Part shown: positions 31,452-41,004 of the stretch, piece after piece
Numbering within the stretch: position 1 is the first letter of the stretch
Layout of the letters: every line of letters starts with the position of its first letter
Assembly (NCBI RefSeq): GCF_010120715.1
Contig: NZ_CP047591.1
Location: 2,586,303 to 2,650,302, forward strand
Reading direction: 5' to 3'
Source: Aminipila terrae
Lineage (GTDB): Bacteria > Bacillota > Clostridia > Peptostreptococcales > Anaerovoracaceae
Length of the DNA stretch: 64,000 nt
The notes under the pieces: generated by a model
What the model was told of the DNA's origin: nothing
Databases searched by the model: none
Seen by the model: the letters and a program-made list of their open reading frames with translations, nothing else
Program-made: the position numbers and the translations under genes

Positions 31452-32549
31452 ATGAAAATGATAATTAATGAAAACCAAAGAGGATTGCTTTTTAAGGATG
31501 GAAAATTTCTAAAAATGCTTGTACCAGGTAAGTATACATTTTTTAATAAGCAGAAAAAGGTAGTGGTTGTAAATACTTCGGAAGAGTTTAAGCTTACGGG
31601 ATATGACTTGTCTATTTTCCTAAAGAATGAAGAGCTTGCAAAACAGCTTGCTGTTGTGGACGTAAAAGATGAAACACTTGTACTTCATTATATAAATGGT
31701 AAGTTTAGTGATTGTCTGCAAAGTGGCAAATATGCCTATTGGACAATATTTGATCAACATGAGTTTAAGGAAATTGATATTAAAAACCCAGAAGTGGATG
31801 AGAGTATTTCAAAGTTTATTTTTACGTTTATCCCAAGAAAGTATTTTTTCAAGATTGAGGTAGCTCAATATCAGAAGGCAAGACTTTATTTTGATCAAAA
31901 GTATGTCAAGCTACTTGATGAGGGTACCTATTATTTCTGGAATAATGGCACTAAAATTGAGGTTGGCTTTGCTGACACAAGACTTATGCAGATGGATATT
32001 GCGGGACAAGAAATTTTAACCCTTGATAAAGTTGCATTGAGAATCAACTTCGTCTGCCATTATAAAATTATGGACTATGTGAAAATTTACACCGAAATTG
32101 AAGATTTTGAACAGCAGATGCATGTTACCTTGCAGCTTGCTCTTCGTGAATATATAGGCAAGTACCGTTTAGATGAGATTCTTGAAAATAAAGAGCAAAT
32201 ATCAAAATTGGCATATCAAAAACTCAAAGAGAAGGAAGGAGATTATTTTATCAAGGTTGTAGACGCAGGTGTCAAGGATGTCATTCTTCCTGGAGAAATA
32301 CGTGATATAATGAATACTGTGCTTATCGCAGAGAAAAAAGCGCAGGCAAATGTAATCACAAGACGCGAGGAAGTTGCATCAACAAGAAGCTTGCTTAACA
32401 CTGCAAAGCTTATGGAAGAAAATCAAACTTTGTATAAGCTTAAAGAACTAGAATATCTTGAAAAAATATGTGAGAATGTAGGCAGTATCAGCGTAAGTGG
32501 TGGAACAGATCTACTCTCACAATTGACCAAAATACTTAGAGGTGCTTAA
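31452..32549 (+). CDS. SPFH/band-7 (slipin-like) domain protein with an N-terminal domain of unknown function
   Basis: RBS ggaggtaaa before ATG 31452. The C-terminal half matches the SPFH fold region (KVALRINF...EIRDIMNTVLIAEKKAQANVI...). Confidence 0.6.
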   Translation: MKMIINENQRGLLFKDGKFLKMLVPGKYTFFNKQKKVVVVNTSEEFKLTGYDLSIFLKNEELAKQLAVVDVKDETLVLHYINGKFSDCLQSGKYAYWTIFDQHEFKEIDIKNPEVDESISKFIFTFIPRKYFFKIEVAQYQKARLYFDQKYVKLLDEGTYYFWNNGTKIEVGFADTRLMQMDIAGQEILTLDKVALRINFVCHYKIMDYVKIYTEIEDFEQQMHVTLQLALREYIGKYRLDEILENKEQISKLAYQKLKEKEGDYFIKVVDAGVKDVILPGEIRDIMNTVLIAEKKAQANVITRREEVASTRSLLNTAKLMEENQTLYKLKELEYLEKICENVGSISVSGGTDLLSQLTKILRGA

Positions 32550-32570
32550 TGTTCAGGGGGAGAACATAGG

Positions 32571-33809
32571 ATGTTCAGCAAATCCCTCAAAAAGAAGGTG
32601 AAAATAATGTTTGAAATAAAGGGTGAATTTACTACCGCGAAAGTGTTCACAGAAAATATAGAAGAGATTGCAATTGCACAAATTAAACAGTTGTGTGATA
32701 TGGAATATACATATAAAAGTAAAGTCCGTATTATGCCGGATGTACACGCAGGTGCAGGTTGTACGATTGGTACGACCATGACCATTTTCGATAAGGTTGT
32801 ACCTAATCTTGTTGGTGTGGATATCGGCTGTGGGATGGAGACAATCCAGATTGCAGAGAAACATATTGAACTTACCAAACTGGATAAGCTGATTTATGAA
32901 AAAATACCATCTGGAATGAACATCAGGGATACTATCCATAAATACAATGATGAAATAGACTTTAATGAGCTTAAATGCAAGGATAAAGTGAATCTTGACA
33001 GGGCAACAAGAAGCATAGGTACTCTTGGCGGAGGAAATCATTTTATAGAGGTTGATAAGGATTCTGAAGGAAATTTATATGTGGTTGTTCATTCTGGCAG
33101 CCGCCATTTAGGAAATGAGGTAGCAAAACTGTATCAGGATTTAGGTTATCAAAGATTGAATGGAAATGACCAAAGAGCACTTAATAGCTTGATTGCCCAA
33201 TATAAGGCGCAAGGCAGAGAAAAGGAAATTCAGTCAGCTATAAAGGAACTTAAAAAACAAGTAATTAGCAGCATTCCTCATTCGCTTGCTTATGTCAGTG
33301 AGGATTTGTTTAATGACTATATCCATGATATGCAAATCATCCAATACTTTGCTGAGCTTAACCGCAAGGCGATGGTAAATGAAATTATAAAAGGTATGAA
33401 ACTTGAGGTGATAGATCAATTTACGACAACACACAACTACATTGATACCAATGCAATGATTTTGCGTAAGGGTGCAGTTTCTGCAAAATTAGGTGAAAAA
33501 CTTTTAATACCTATCAATATGCGTGACGGAAGTCTAATCTGTGTTGGAAAAGGTAATGAAGACTGGAATTGTTCTGCACCACACGGAGCAGGTAGACTGA
33601 TGAGCAGGACCCAGGCACGAAACACCTTTACCGTATCTGAATTTAAAAATCAGATGAAGGATATTTATACAACTTCGGTAAACAAGAATACACTTGATGA
33701 ATGCCCTATGGCATATAAAGATATGAAAGACATCGTGGATAACATTGGTCCCACTGCAGATATCATTGGAATAATAAAACCTATATATAATTTCAAGGCG
33801 GGAGAATAA
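32571..33809 (+). CDS. rtcB: RNA-splicing ligase RtcB (3'-phosphate/5'-OH RNA ligase)
   Basis: Motifs MPDVHAGAGCTIGT, GGGNHF, HNY and APHGAGR. An alternative start at ATG 32607 has a stronger RBS. Confidence 0.85.
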   Translation: MFSKSLKKKVKIMFEIKGEFTTAKVFTENIEEIAIAQIKQLCDMEYTYKSKVRIMPDVHAGAGCTIGTTMTIFDKVVPNLVGVDIGCGMETIQIAEKHIELTKLDKLIYEKIPSGMNIRDTIHKYNDEIDFNELKCKDKVNLDRATRSIGTLGGGNHFIEVDKDSEGNLYVVVHSGSRHLGNEVAKLYQDLGYQRLNGNDQRALNSLIAQYKAQGREKEIQSAIKELKKQVISSIPHSLAYVSEDLFNDYIHDMQIIQYFAELNRKAMVNEIIKGMKLEVIDQFTTTHNYIDTNAMILRKGAVSAKLGEKLLIPINMRDGSLICVGKGNEDWNCSAPHGAGRLMSRTQARNTFTVSEFKNQMKDIYTTSVNKNTLDECPMAYKDMKDIVDNIGPTADIIGIIKPIYNFKAGE

Positions 33810-34567
33810 TGAAAGAAGAAATAATAAAAAGATTAGAACAAATTGAAGAAAAAGAAAAAGTGAAAATACTGTATGCTGTTGAGTCTGGAAGTAGAGCTTG
33901 GGGATTTGCGTCACCTGACAGTGACTATGATGTACGTTTTATCTATTTAAGGCAAAAAGAGTTTTATTTGAAGTTAGAAAAAACCCGCGATGTTATTGAA
34001 GTGCCAATAAATGATATTCTTGATATCAATGGGTGGGATTTTCAAAAAGCGTTAAGACTCTTACATACTTCAAATCCTACGCTTTTTGAATGGACCAACT
34101 CACCCGTTATATACAAAACTACACGATTTTTTGAAGAATTTAAGGATCATATCAATGATTACTTTAAAGCAAAATCAGGGCTTTACCATTATCTTAATAC
34201 TGCAGCGAGTAATTACAGAGAATACTTAAAGGGGGATTTTGTAAAAGCAAAGAAGTATTTTTATGTAATAAGGCCAATTCTGGCGTGCAAGTGGATATTA
34301 AAAGAGAACACGCCACCTCCTATGCTCTTTACAGATTTGGCGGAAAGTGTACTTGATGAGGAGTTAAAGCCAGTTATTGAAAAACTTCTTGAAATGAAAA
34401 TGTCATTGCCTGAGATTGGCCAAATACCAAAGATTAATCAACTTAATCAGTATATTGAGAAGAATTTAATTCAATTAAAAGAAGAAATTGATAGTTTACT
34501 AAGAAATGATAGCAATGATTTTGAACAGCTAAATCGTATTTTTTTAGAAGCATTGGAGTTGATATAG
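33809..34567 (+). CDS. Pol-beta-superfamily nucleotidyltransferase (COG3541-like)
   Basis: GSRAWGFASPDSDYDVRF motif (hG[GS]...DxD). Confidence 0.6.
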   Translation: MKEEIIKRLEQIEEKEKVKILYAVESGSRAWGFASPDSDYDVRFIYLRQKEFYLKLEKTRDVIEVPINDILDINGWDFQKALRLLHTSNPTLFEWTNSPVIYKTTRFFEEFKDHINDYFKAKSGLYHYLNTAASNYREYLKGDFVKAKKYFYVIRPILACKWILKENTPPPMLFTDLAESVLDEELKPVIEKLLEMKMSLPEIGQIPKINQLNQYIEKNLIQLKEEIDSLLRNDSNDFEQLNRIFLEALELI

Positions 34568-34595
34568 ATATGTAATATCTGAGAGGAACATATAG

Positions 34596-35006
34596 ATGAT
34601 AAAACAGGTAATAAAGGATGCTTTTTTCTTAAATCAGAAATCAGAACCTGCTACAAAAGCTGATATGCAGGTAGTTCAGGACTTACTCGATACACTAAAT
34701 GCAAATGCGTCAGACTGTGTGGGTATGGCAGCGAACATGATAGGCGTAAGGAAAAGAATCATTGCAGTAAATATGGGGTTTTTAAATGTAACAATGATAA
34801 ATCCAGTAATTGTGAAAAAATCTGGAGAATATGAAACAGAGGAAGGCTGCTTATCCTTAATTGGAGTGAGAAAAACTACCAGATATAGAGATATTGAGGT
34901 GGAGTTTCTAAATTCTAATTGGGAGAAACAATCTAAGAAATATTCTGGATGGATTGCGCAGATTATACAGCATGAAATTGATCATTGTGATGGGATAGTG
35001 ATATAA
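34596..35006 (+). CDS. def: peptide deformylase-like protein (short, 136 aa)
   Basis: The three PDF motifs are present: GMAANMIG, EGCLS, HEIDH. Confidence 0.6.
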   Translation: MIKQVIKDAFFLNQKSEPATKADMQVVQDLLDTLNANASDCVGMAANMIGVRKRIIAVNMGFLNVTMINPVIVKKSGEYETEEGCLSLIGVRKTTRYRDIEVEFLNSNWEKQSKKYSGWIAQIIQHEIDHCDGIVI

Positions 35007-35317
35007 CGCTTCTTCATTGACAATTTGCTAGATGAAATTTTAGCAGCAGTTATGATTATGCATCCCAATATTTATTTTGAAATCATGTAAGTTACTTGAA
35101 ATTTTAATGATTACAAGCTTTTCTGTTGCCTGAAATCTTTTTTGAGAAATATAGCTGTTAATGGGCCTACGGTTGTATTCCAGATTTCTTTTGCTGTCAT
35201 AAAGGCTTCATGAGAAAAGATATTGAAAAAGCCCAGAATGATATTGTAAATGCTTCTTATTTTAATAGATGTAGTATATAATAATGGAAAATAGAAATTA
35301 TTATTTAGGAGGGTTTC

Positions 35318-35959
35318 ATGAAAATATCACTTAGAGATAAATTCCCTGAATTGCAGGTGGAAACAACTAAAGGACCTATTAATTTGCCTAATGATTATAA
35401 GGGGAAATGGTTCATATTATTTAGTCATCCAGCAGATTTTACTCCAGTTTGTACTACTGAATTTGTTTCTTTTCAAAAGAAAAAGAAGCAATTTAATGAA
35501 TTAGGAGTGGAACTAATTGGTTTGAGTGTGGATAGCTTAGAATCACATTTCAAGTGGATTGAATGGATTAAAGAAAAGATACATGTTCAAATAGAATTTC
35601 CTGTAATAGATGATGAAAACAGAAAAGTTTCTGAAACTCTTGGACTGATTCATCCTAATGAAGATGATACTGCTGCAGTAAGAGCAGTAATAATAGTTGA
35701 TCATAATGGCAAGGTAAGGACTATGCTTGAATACCCTAAAGAAATAGGCAGAAACATTGATGAAATATTGAGAACTGTAAAAGCATTAAAAATGGCATCA
35801 ATTAAAAAAGTTTTTGCTCCAGCAAATTGGCCGTGTAATGAAATCATAGGAGACAAGGTTTTGTTCCACAGAGGAGAAGGGGAAGATCCATCATTAGATG
35901 AGAAACGCGGAATATATAGTTTATCAAATTGGTTTATATATAAGAATATGGACGAATAG
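35318..35959 (+). CDS. 1-Cys peroxiredoxin (Prx6-like)
   Basis: FTPVCTTE peroxidatic-cysteine motif. Confidence 0.8.
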   Translation: MKISLRDKFPELQVETTKGPINLPNDYKGKWFILFSHPADFTPVCTTEFVSFQKKKKQFNELGVELIGLSVDSLESHFKWIEWIKEKIHVQIEFPVIDDENRKVSETLGLIHPNEDDTAAVRAVIIVDHNGKVRTMLEYPKEIGRNIDEILRTVKALKMASIKKVFAPANWPCNEIIGDKVLFHRGEGEDPSLDEKRGIYSLSNWFIYKNMDE

Positions 35960-36056
35960 AAATATTATTTGACTAAGAACTGAAAGGTAAAACTTTTGGT
36001 TCTTTTTTATAATAGTGGTTTATATCTATAGAAATCAAAAAATATAGTTCCCATAT

Positions 36057-36102
36057 CTCATAAACCCGGAGGCCGTAGGTTCAAGCCCTACTGCCGCAAC
36101 CA
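36057..36102 (+). other. second, more degenerate relic of the tRNA-fMet 3' half
   Basis: CTCATAAACCCGGAGGCCGTAGGTTCAAGCCCTACTGCCGCAACCA. No 5' half upstream. Confidence 0.5.
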
Positions 36103-36238
36103 CGAAATAACCTCTGAACTTTAATTAGTTCACTATATTTCATGGCCATATCTTACAAAAGCATTAGTTTTACTGTCAAATCCTTATTTTTTTTCATATT
36201 ATATTATGTTATAGATTTATTATAAGGAGTTTGTATTT

Positions 36239-37191
36239 ATGAAATATTTAATTACAGGTGGAAATGGCTTTATTGGGTCGCACCTTACATTAAGATTGTT
36301 AAGTAAAGGGCACGAAGTTACAGTTTTAGATAATTTCAGAACCAGTCCCCCGATAGATTAGTTAATACTGATGCAAAAGTAATTGAAGGAAGTGTTACAG
36401 ATTTTAAATTAGTAGAAAAATTAGTGCTTGAAAATGACTATATAATTCATCTTGCAGCTATAGTTGGTGTTAGATTAGCTATGGAAAATGGGATAGAAGG
36501 ACTAAAAGTAAGCTGTATGGGAACTGAAAATGTACTAAATTGCGTGGCAAAGTACAATAAAAAATTGCTGGCTGCTTCGTCTTCTGCCATATACGGGAAG
36601 ATATCTAAGACGCCAGTATCAGAGGACACAGACAGTATAGTAGGTTGCAGCGCAAAATCAAGCTGGCTATATTCCATTGCTAAACTGGCAGAAGAACATT
36701 TCTGCTTAGCGTATCACCGTGAATTAGGATGTGATGTTAAAGTATGCCGCTTTTTTAATGCAGTTGGCCCAAATCAATCTAAGAGCTATGGCATGGTCAT
36801 GCCTAATTTCATTAGTAACGCACTAAGCCACCGGACTTTACAAATATATGGTGACGGAAATCAGTCCAGGACTTTTGTCTATATTGAAGATCTTTTAGAT
36901 GGAATTGAACTAGTTATTGAAAAGGGAACTACAGGAGAAGTATATAATATTGGAGGAACAGAGGAAATAAAAATAGCAGACCTTGCGAGAAAGATTATTG
37001 ATATTACCGAATCTGGCTCTGATATAGAATTTATCCCATTTGAAAAAGTATTCGGGCCGGACTATGAAGAAACCATGCAGCGGATGCCTGATATAACAAA
37101 GCTAAAGGCACTCGGATACAATCCCCAATATACCCTTGAAAAATCAATCAGTTCTCTTATTAAGCACCTTAAATTAAGGAAGGATATATAA
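36239..37191 (+). CDS. NAD-dependent nucleoside-diphosphate-sugar epimerase/dehydratase. Split by a -1 frameshift in a C5 run at 36347-36351.
   Basis: [16 protein letters not shown] Rossmann N-terminus. YSIAK (YxxxK). Adding one C gives ...[15 protein letters not shown]... Confidence 0.7.
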
Positions 37192-37195
37192 AAAG

Positions 37196-38476
37196 ATGGA
37201 TATCAAGTCAAAAGATTGTAAGGTAGGGATTATAGGACTTGGCTACGTGGGATTACCATTGGCTATACTATGTGCAAAAAAAGGTCTGCAAGTAATTGGA
37301 TTTGAAAATAACAAAGAGAAATGCAATCTCTTACTCTCTGGAAAAAGTTATATTACGGATATTGACGATGAGGAAATAATGAGAGTAATTGCAGATCATC
37401 ATCAACTGAATGTAGCTTATAACTATGATCTTATGCCGCAATGCGATATTATTATTATTTGCGTACCAACTCCTTTAGATGAAAACAAAGATCCTGATTA
37501 CTCATTTTTATACAAAGCAATTGATACCATAAAGCATTTTATTAGAAAAGAGCAACTTATTATTGTAGAAAGCACATTAGTTCCCACAACTTCCAGGAAT
37601 ATCATATTGCCTATATTAGAAGAAAGCGGACTTAAAGCTGGAAAGGATTTTTTCTTTTCTTTTTCTCCTGAGCGAATTGATCCGGGAAATGAATTTTATA
37701 AAATAGAAAAAACTCCTAAATTAGTGTCCGGATATTCTAAACTATGTACTGAAAAAGCTTGCCAATTTTACAATGAGATTGGTGTCACTCCTTATCCAGT
37801 TTCATCCCTTGAAGTTGCTGAAATGTCAAAAATCCTTGAGAACACTTACAGAGATGTTAACATTGCACTAATTAATGAAATGGCTCAAATATGCAAGTTG
37901 TATGATATTAATATATGGAATGTTATTGAGGCAGCAGCTTCAAAACCTTTTGGATTTAATGCATTTTATCCTGGCCCAGGAGTAGGAGGACACTGCATTC
38001 CAAAAGATTGTACTTTCTATACCTGCCTTGCAAGAGAAAAAGATGTTAAAGCCTCATTAGCTGAATGTGCCCGCTGGATTAATGACCAAATGCCAGACTA
38101 TATCGTATCCAGAATAAAAATGCTGCTATCCAATGTTAACAAAAGTATTAAAGATAGTAGTATTTTAATATTAGGGATAACTTATAAAAAAGATGTTAAT
38201 GATGTTCGTGAATCACCATCCATTAAGATAATAAATTTACTTTTAGAGCTTGGGGCAAAAGTATCGTATCATGATCCATTTATTAAAAAACTTAATACAG
38301 ATTATAAACAGCTTAACAGTGTAGTTTTTGAGGATATATGTATAAGTGATGCAGATTGTATTGTTTTATCTGTTGCACACAACTGCTATAAGGATCTTAA
38401 TTATCCCGAGGGGAAAATTGTTTTTGACCTGACTAATTCTATACAAAACTTATCGGTAGGGCTGAATAAATTATGA
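37196..38476 (+). CDS. UDP-glucose/GDP-mannose dehydrogenase family (nucleotide-sugar dehydrogenase)
   Basis: IGLGYVGLPLA NAD-binding motif. Catalytic GGHCIPKD. Confidence 0.75.
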   Translation: MDIKSKDCKVGIIGLGYVGLPLAILCAKKGLQVIGFENNKEKCNLLLSGKSYITDIDDEEIMRVIADHHQLNVAYNYDLMPQCDIIIICVPTPLDENKDPDYSFLYKAIDTIKHFIRKEQLIIVESTLVPTTSRNIILPILEESGLKAGKDFFFSFSPERIDPGNEFYKIEKTPKLVSGYSKLCTEKACQFYNEIGVTPYPVSSLEVAEMSKILENTYRDVNIALINEMAQICKLYDINIWNVIEAAASKPFGFNAFYPGPGVGGHCIPKDCTFYTCLAREKDVKASLAECARWINDQMPDYIVSRIKMLLSNVNKSIKDSSILILGITYKKDVNDVRESPSIKIINLLLELGAKVSYHDPFIKKLNTDYKQLNSVVFEDICISDADCIVLSVAHNCYKDLNYPEGKIVFDLTNSIQNLSVGLNKL

Positions 38477-38497
38477 AATTAGAGGAGTAGATTAAAA

Positions 38498-39220
38498 ATG
38501 GCATATTATAAATGCTATCTAATGCTAGTTGAAATACTGGAACAAATAAAATTTTCACTGAAACATCATAAGCCATATTCATTGGTACGTTTGGGTCACG
38601 GTGAAATGCATGTTGTGAGTTATAAAATTTGTCCCAATCACAAGATTAACCGCTATTTTGATCATTATCATCAATATGCAGGGATAACAGAGTTAAATGA
38701 TGAAATTGCAGCAAGTATGATTAATGCTTTGAAAAAAGCGGATTTAGTGGGTTTGGGAAATCATACCCCATACAATGAGGAACTACTGAACCAAATTATT
38801 CAATACTATGGTTTAGAGTTCCCCGCAGTGTGTAATGCCTGGATTTGTGTTGAGATGATTAATTCGCCTGAATTTTTTAATATTCTCAGAGCACATAGGG
38901 TCTTGGTTGTAGGCAGAAGATCGGCAGAGGGTGCAGATAAATTGCGAAAATTAGGAATTACTGTTACAGGAGCCATTGGACATGAGGGATTGGAAGCAAT
39001 GGCTCAAACAATTAAAGAAATCTCATCAATGGAAAATTTTGATATAGCCTTAGTTTCTGCAGGTGTACCAGCAACAATAATGTGTCCTGAAATTGCAGAA
39101 AAGACAGGGAAAGTAATAATCGATTTTGGCCATGCGCTGGACATTTTAATTGAGGGTGAAAACTTTGATCATGAAAAACAGGTTAACGATTTTAATAATA
39201 AATTAAACAAAGGAGTTTGA
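38498..39220 (+). CDS. hypothetical protein in a glycan-synthesis cluster; possibly a GT-D/DUF1792-like glycosyltransferase
   Basis: The SLVRLGHGE motif resembles the DUF1792 RFGDGE motif. Weak. Confidence 0.3.
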   Translation: MAYYKCYLMLVEILEQIKFSLKHHKPYSLVRLGHGEMHVVSYKICPNHKINRYFDHYHQYAGITELNDEIAASMINALKKADLVGLGNHTPYNEELLNQIIQYYGLEFPAVCNAWICVEMINSPEFFNILRAHRVLVVGRRSAEGADKLRKLGITVTGAIGHEGLEAMAQTIKEISSMENFDIALVSAGVPATIMCPEIAEKTGKVIIDFGHALDILIEGENFDHEKQVNDFNNKLNKGV

Positions 39221-39223
39221 AAA

Positions 39224-40030
39224 ATGGATAGTGAAATTACCGTTGTGATACCTTCTTACAATCCTGGGAAATTGTTGATAGATGCGCTAAAAAGTGTTTA
39301 TGCTCAAACCTATTCCAATTGGAAATTAATACTCGTTGATGATGCTTCTGATGATAATAGTCTAAAGATGGCAGAAGAATTGTTAAACGATCCTAGGGTA
39401 ACAGTAATTAGGAATAATATAAATCTTGGACAGTCAAAAGCTCAGAACAAAGCGTTAGATATAGTGGATACTGAATATTTTGTTCAATTAGACAGCGATG
39501 ACTGGTTCTTACCTTATACGTTAGAAACTCTTTTAAAGGAATTTAAACAGCAACCCAGTGATATCGCTGTAGTCAGTGGAAATATTAAAACTATCATTGA
39601 GACAACAGAATATATGTTAAAGCACCATAATCAAGCGGCTGAACATATACGTAAAGGACGGAATTTTAAAGATCGTTATGATTTTTTGCTTTCTAATATG
39701 TCAGTATGGCCCAGATGCTACAAAACAAGTGCTGTTCGGGAAGTAGGAGGGTGGCCTACTGATGATCCGTATAAAGGACGTAATATGGAAGATCGGATGA
39801 TACTTTTAAAGTTAATCGAAAAATACCGATTTCACTGGATTGATGAAGTTCTTTATGTTCACAGACGACATGATTATAACAATACAAATAAGCTTGCGGA
39901 ATATAACTATATTATAGAATGGTATACTAAAAAAATATTAAAGCAATGGGGTGACGAATATATACCTGTTTTTCAAATCAATGCTTATGGTTGGAAAGAT
40001 ATTGTACGGCTTAAACCAAAAACTAGATAA
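39224..40030 (+). CDS. family 2 glycosyltransferase
   Basis: VVIPSYNPGKLL...ILVDDASDD and DSDD motifs. Confidence 0.75.
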   Translation: MDSEITVVIPSYNPGKLLIDALKSVYAQTYSNWKLILVDDASDDNSLKMAEELLNDPRVTVIRNNINLGQSKAQNKALDIVDTEYFVQLDSDDWFLPYTLETLLKEFKQQPSDIAVVSGNIKTIIETTEYMLKHHNQAAEHIRKGRNFKDRYDFLLSNMSVWPRCYKTSAVREVGGWPTDDPYKGRNMEDRMILLKLIEKYRFHWIDEVLYVHRRHDYNNTNKLAEYNYIIEWYTKKILKQWGDEYIPVFQINAYGWKDIVRLKPKTR

Positions 40031-40266
40031 TTTTAATAAGTTTAAAGAAGCATTTACAGAAGAATGCCTAAACAAGTAAGGCCCTGGGAATAGAACTCAA
40101 CAGGGCCTTGTGAGTTGATTTGTTTCAGTTGTTAATTAATGACATCTGAATGAATGGAATAATAGACTTACAGAATTTCACATGATATAATATTTTTTAT
40201 ACTTTTATAATAACTAGGGTTATCCTTAAAAATTTAACTGATAGATACTCTTTAAGGAGGTGTACC

Positions 40267-41004
40267 ATGCTGCAAATCGCCATATGTGATGATCAGCCAC
40301 AGGAGTTGGAAACCATCAACTCATACATAAAAGAATATCTTGCTGCTCATATGTTAGAAGCTGATGTTCGCCTGTTTTCCCACCCTGACGAACTACTTTC
40401 TGCCATGGAAGGTGAGAATTTTCATCTTTATATACTTGATATTGTCATGCCTATGATAAGCGGATTGGAACTTGGCAAAGAAATTCGCCGCTTTGACCAT
40501 GAGACGCAAATCATTTACGCCACCACTGAGCCGCAATTTGCTTTGCAGGCATATGCTGCAAGTCCTATCAATTATTTGACTAAACCCATAAACAAAAAGC
40601 AGCTGTTTGATACGCTGGACTTGGCCATCTCCAAAGCAGACCTTACTCAGGAGCAGACATTTACCTTTAAAACTGCAGATAGCCTGAGGGTAATCAAACT
40701 GTTGGATATCGTCTGCTGTGAATATCGTAGCCATGCTGTCATTTTCAGTTTTACAGATGGACAGGAAGTGATTAGCCGTACCATTCGGGAGAGTTTTTCT
40801 GAATATTGTGCAGCAATCTTGAAGGACAGGCATTTTTTGCAATGTCACGCCTCCTTTCTGGTCAATATGCGACGAGTAGAACGTTTTAGTAAGGACAGCT
40901 TTACATTGTCTGGGGGAAAGATAGTCCCCATTGCAGAAAAGCAGTATCCAGCGGTGAGAGATACATATATGGATTACCTGATGTCAAAGGGGGGGAACAG
41001 ATGA
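40267..41004 (+). CDS. LytTR-family response regulator (receiver plus LytTR DNA-binding domain)
   Basis: Receiver IAICDDQ...LDIVMP. C-terminal LytTR-like segment. Confidence 0.75.
   Translation: MLQIAICDDQPQELETINSYIKEYLAAHMLEADVRLFSHPDELLSAMEGENFHLYILDIVMPMISGLELGKEIRRFDHETQIIYATTEPQFALQAYAASPINYLTKPINKKQLFDTLDLAISKADLTQEQTFTFKTADSLRVIKLLDIVCCEYRSHAVIFSFTDGQEVISRTIRESFSEYCAAILKDRHFLQCHASFLVNMRRVERFSKDSFTLSGGKIVPIAEKQYPAVRDTYMDYLMSKGGNR

Noticed and set aside
32553-33041. Minus-strand ORFs (162, 110 and 126 aa) overlapping rtcB
   Set aside because: They are antisense to a gene with unmistakable RtcB motifs. They are spurious.
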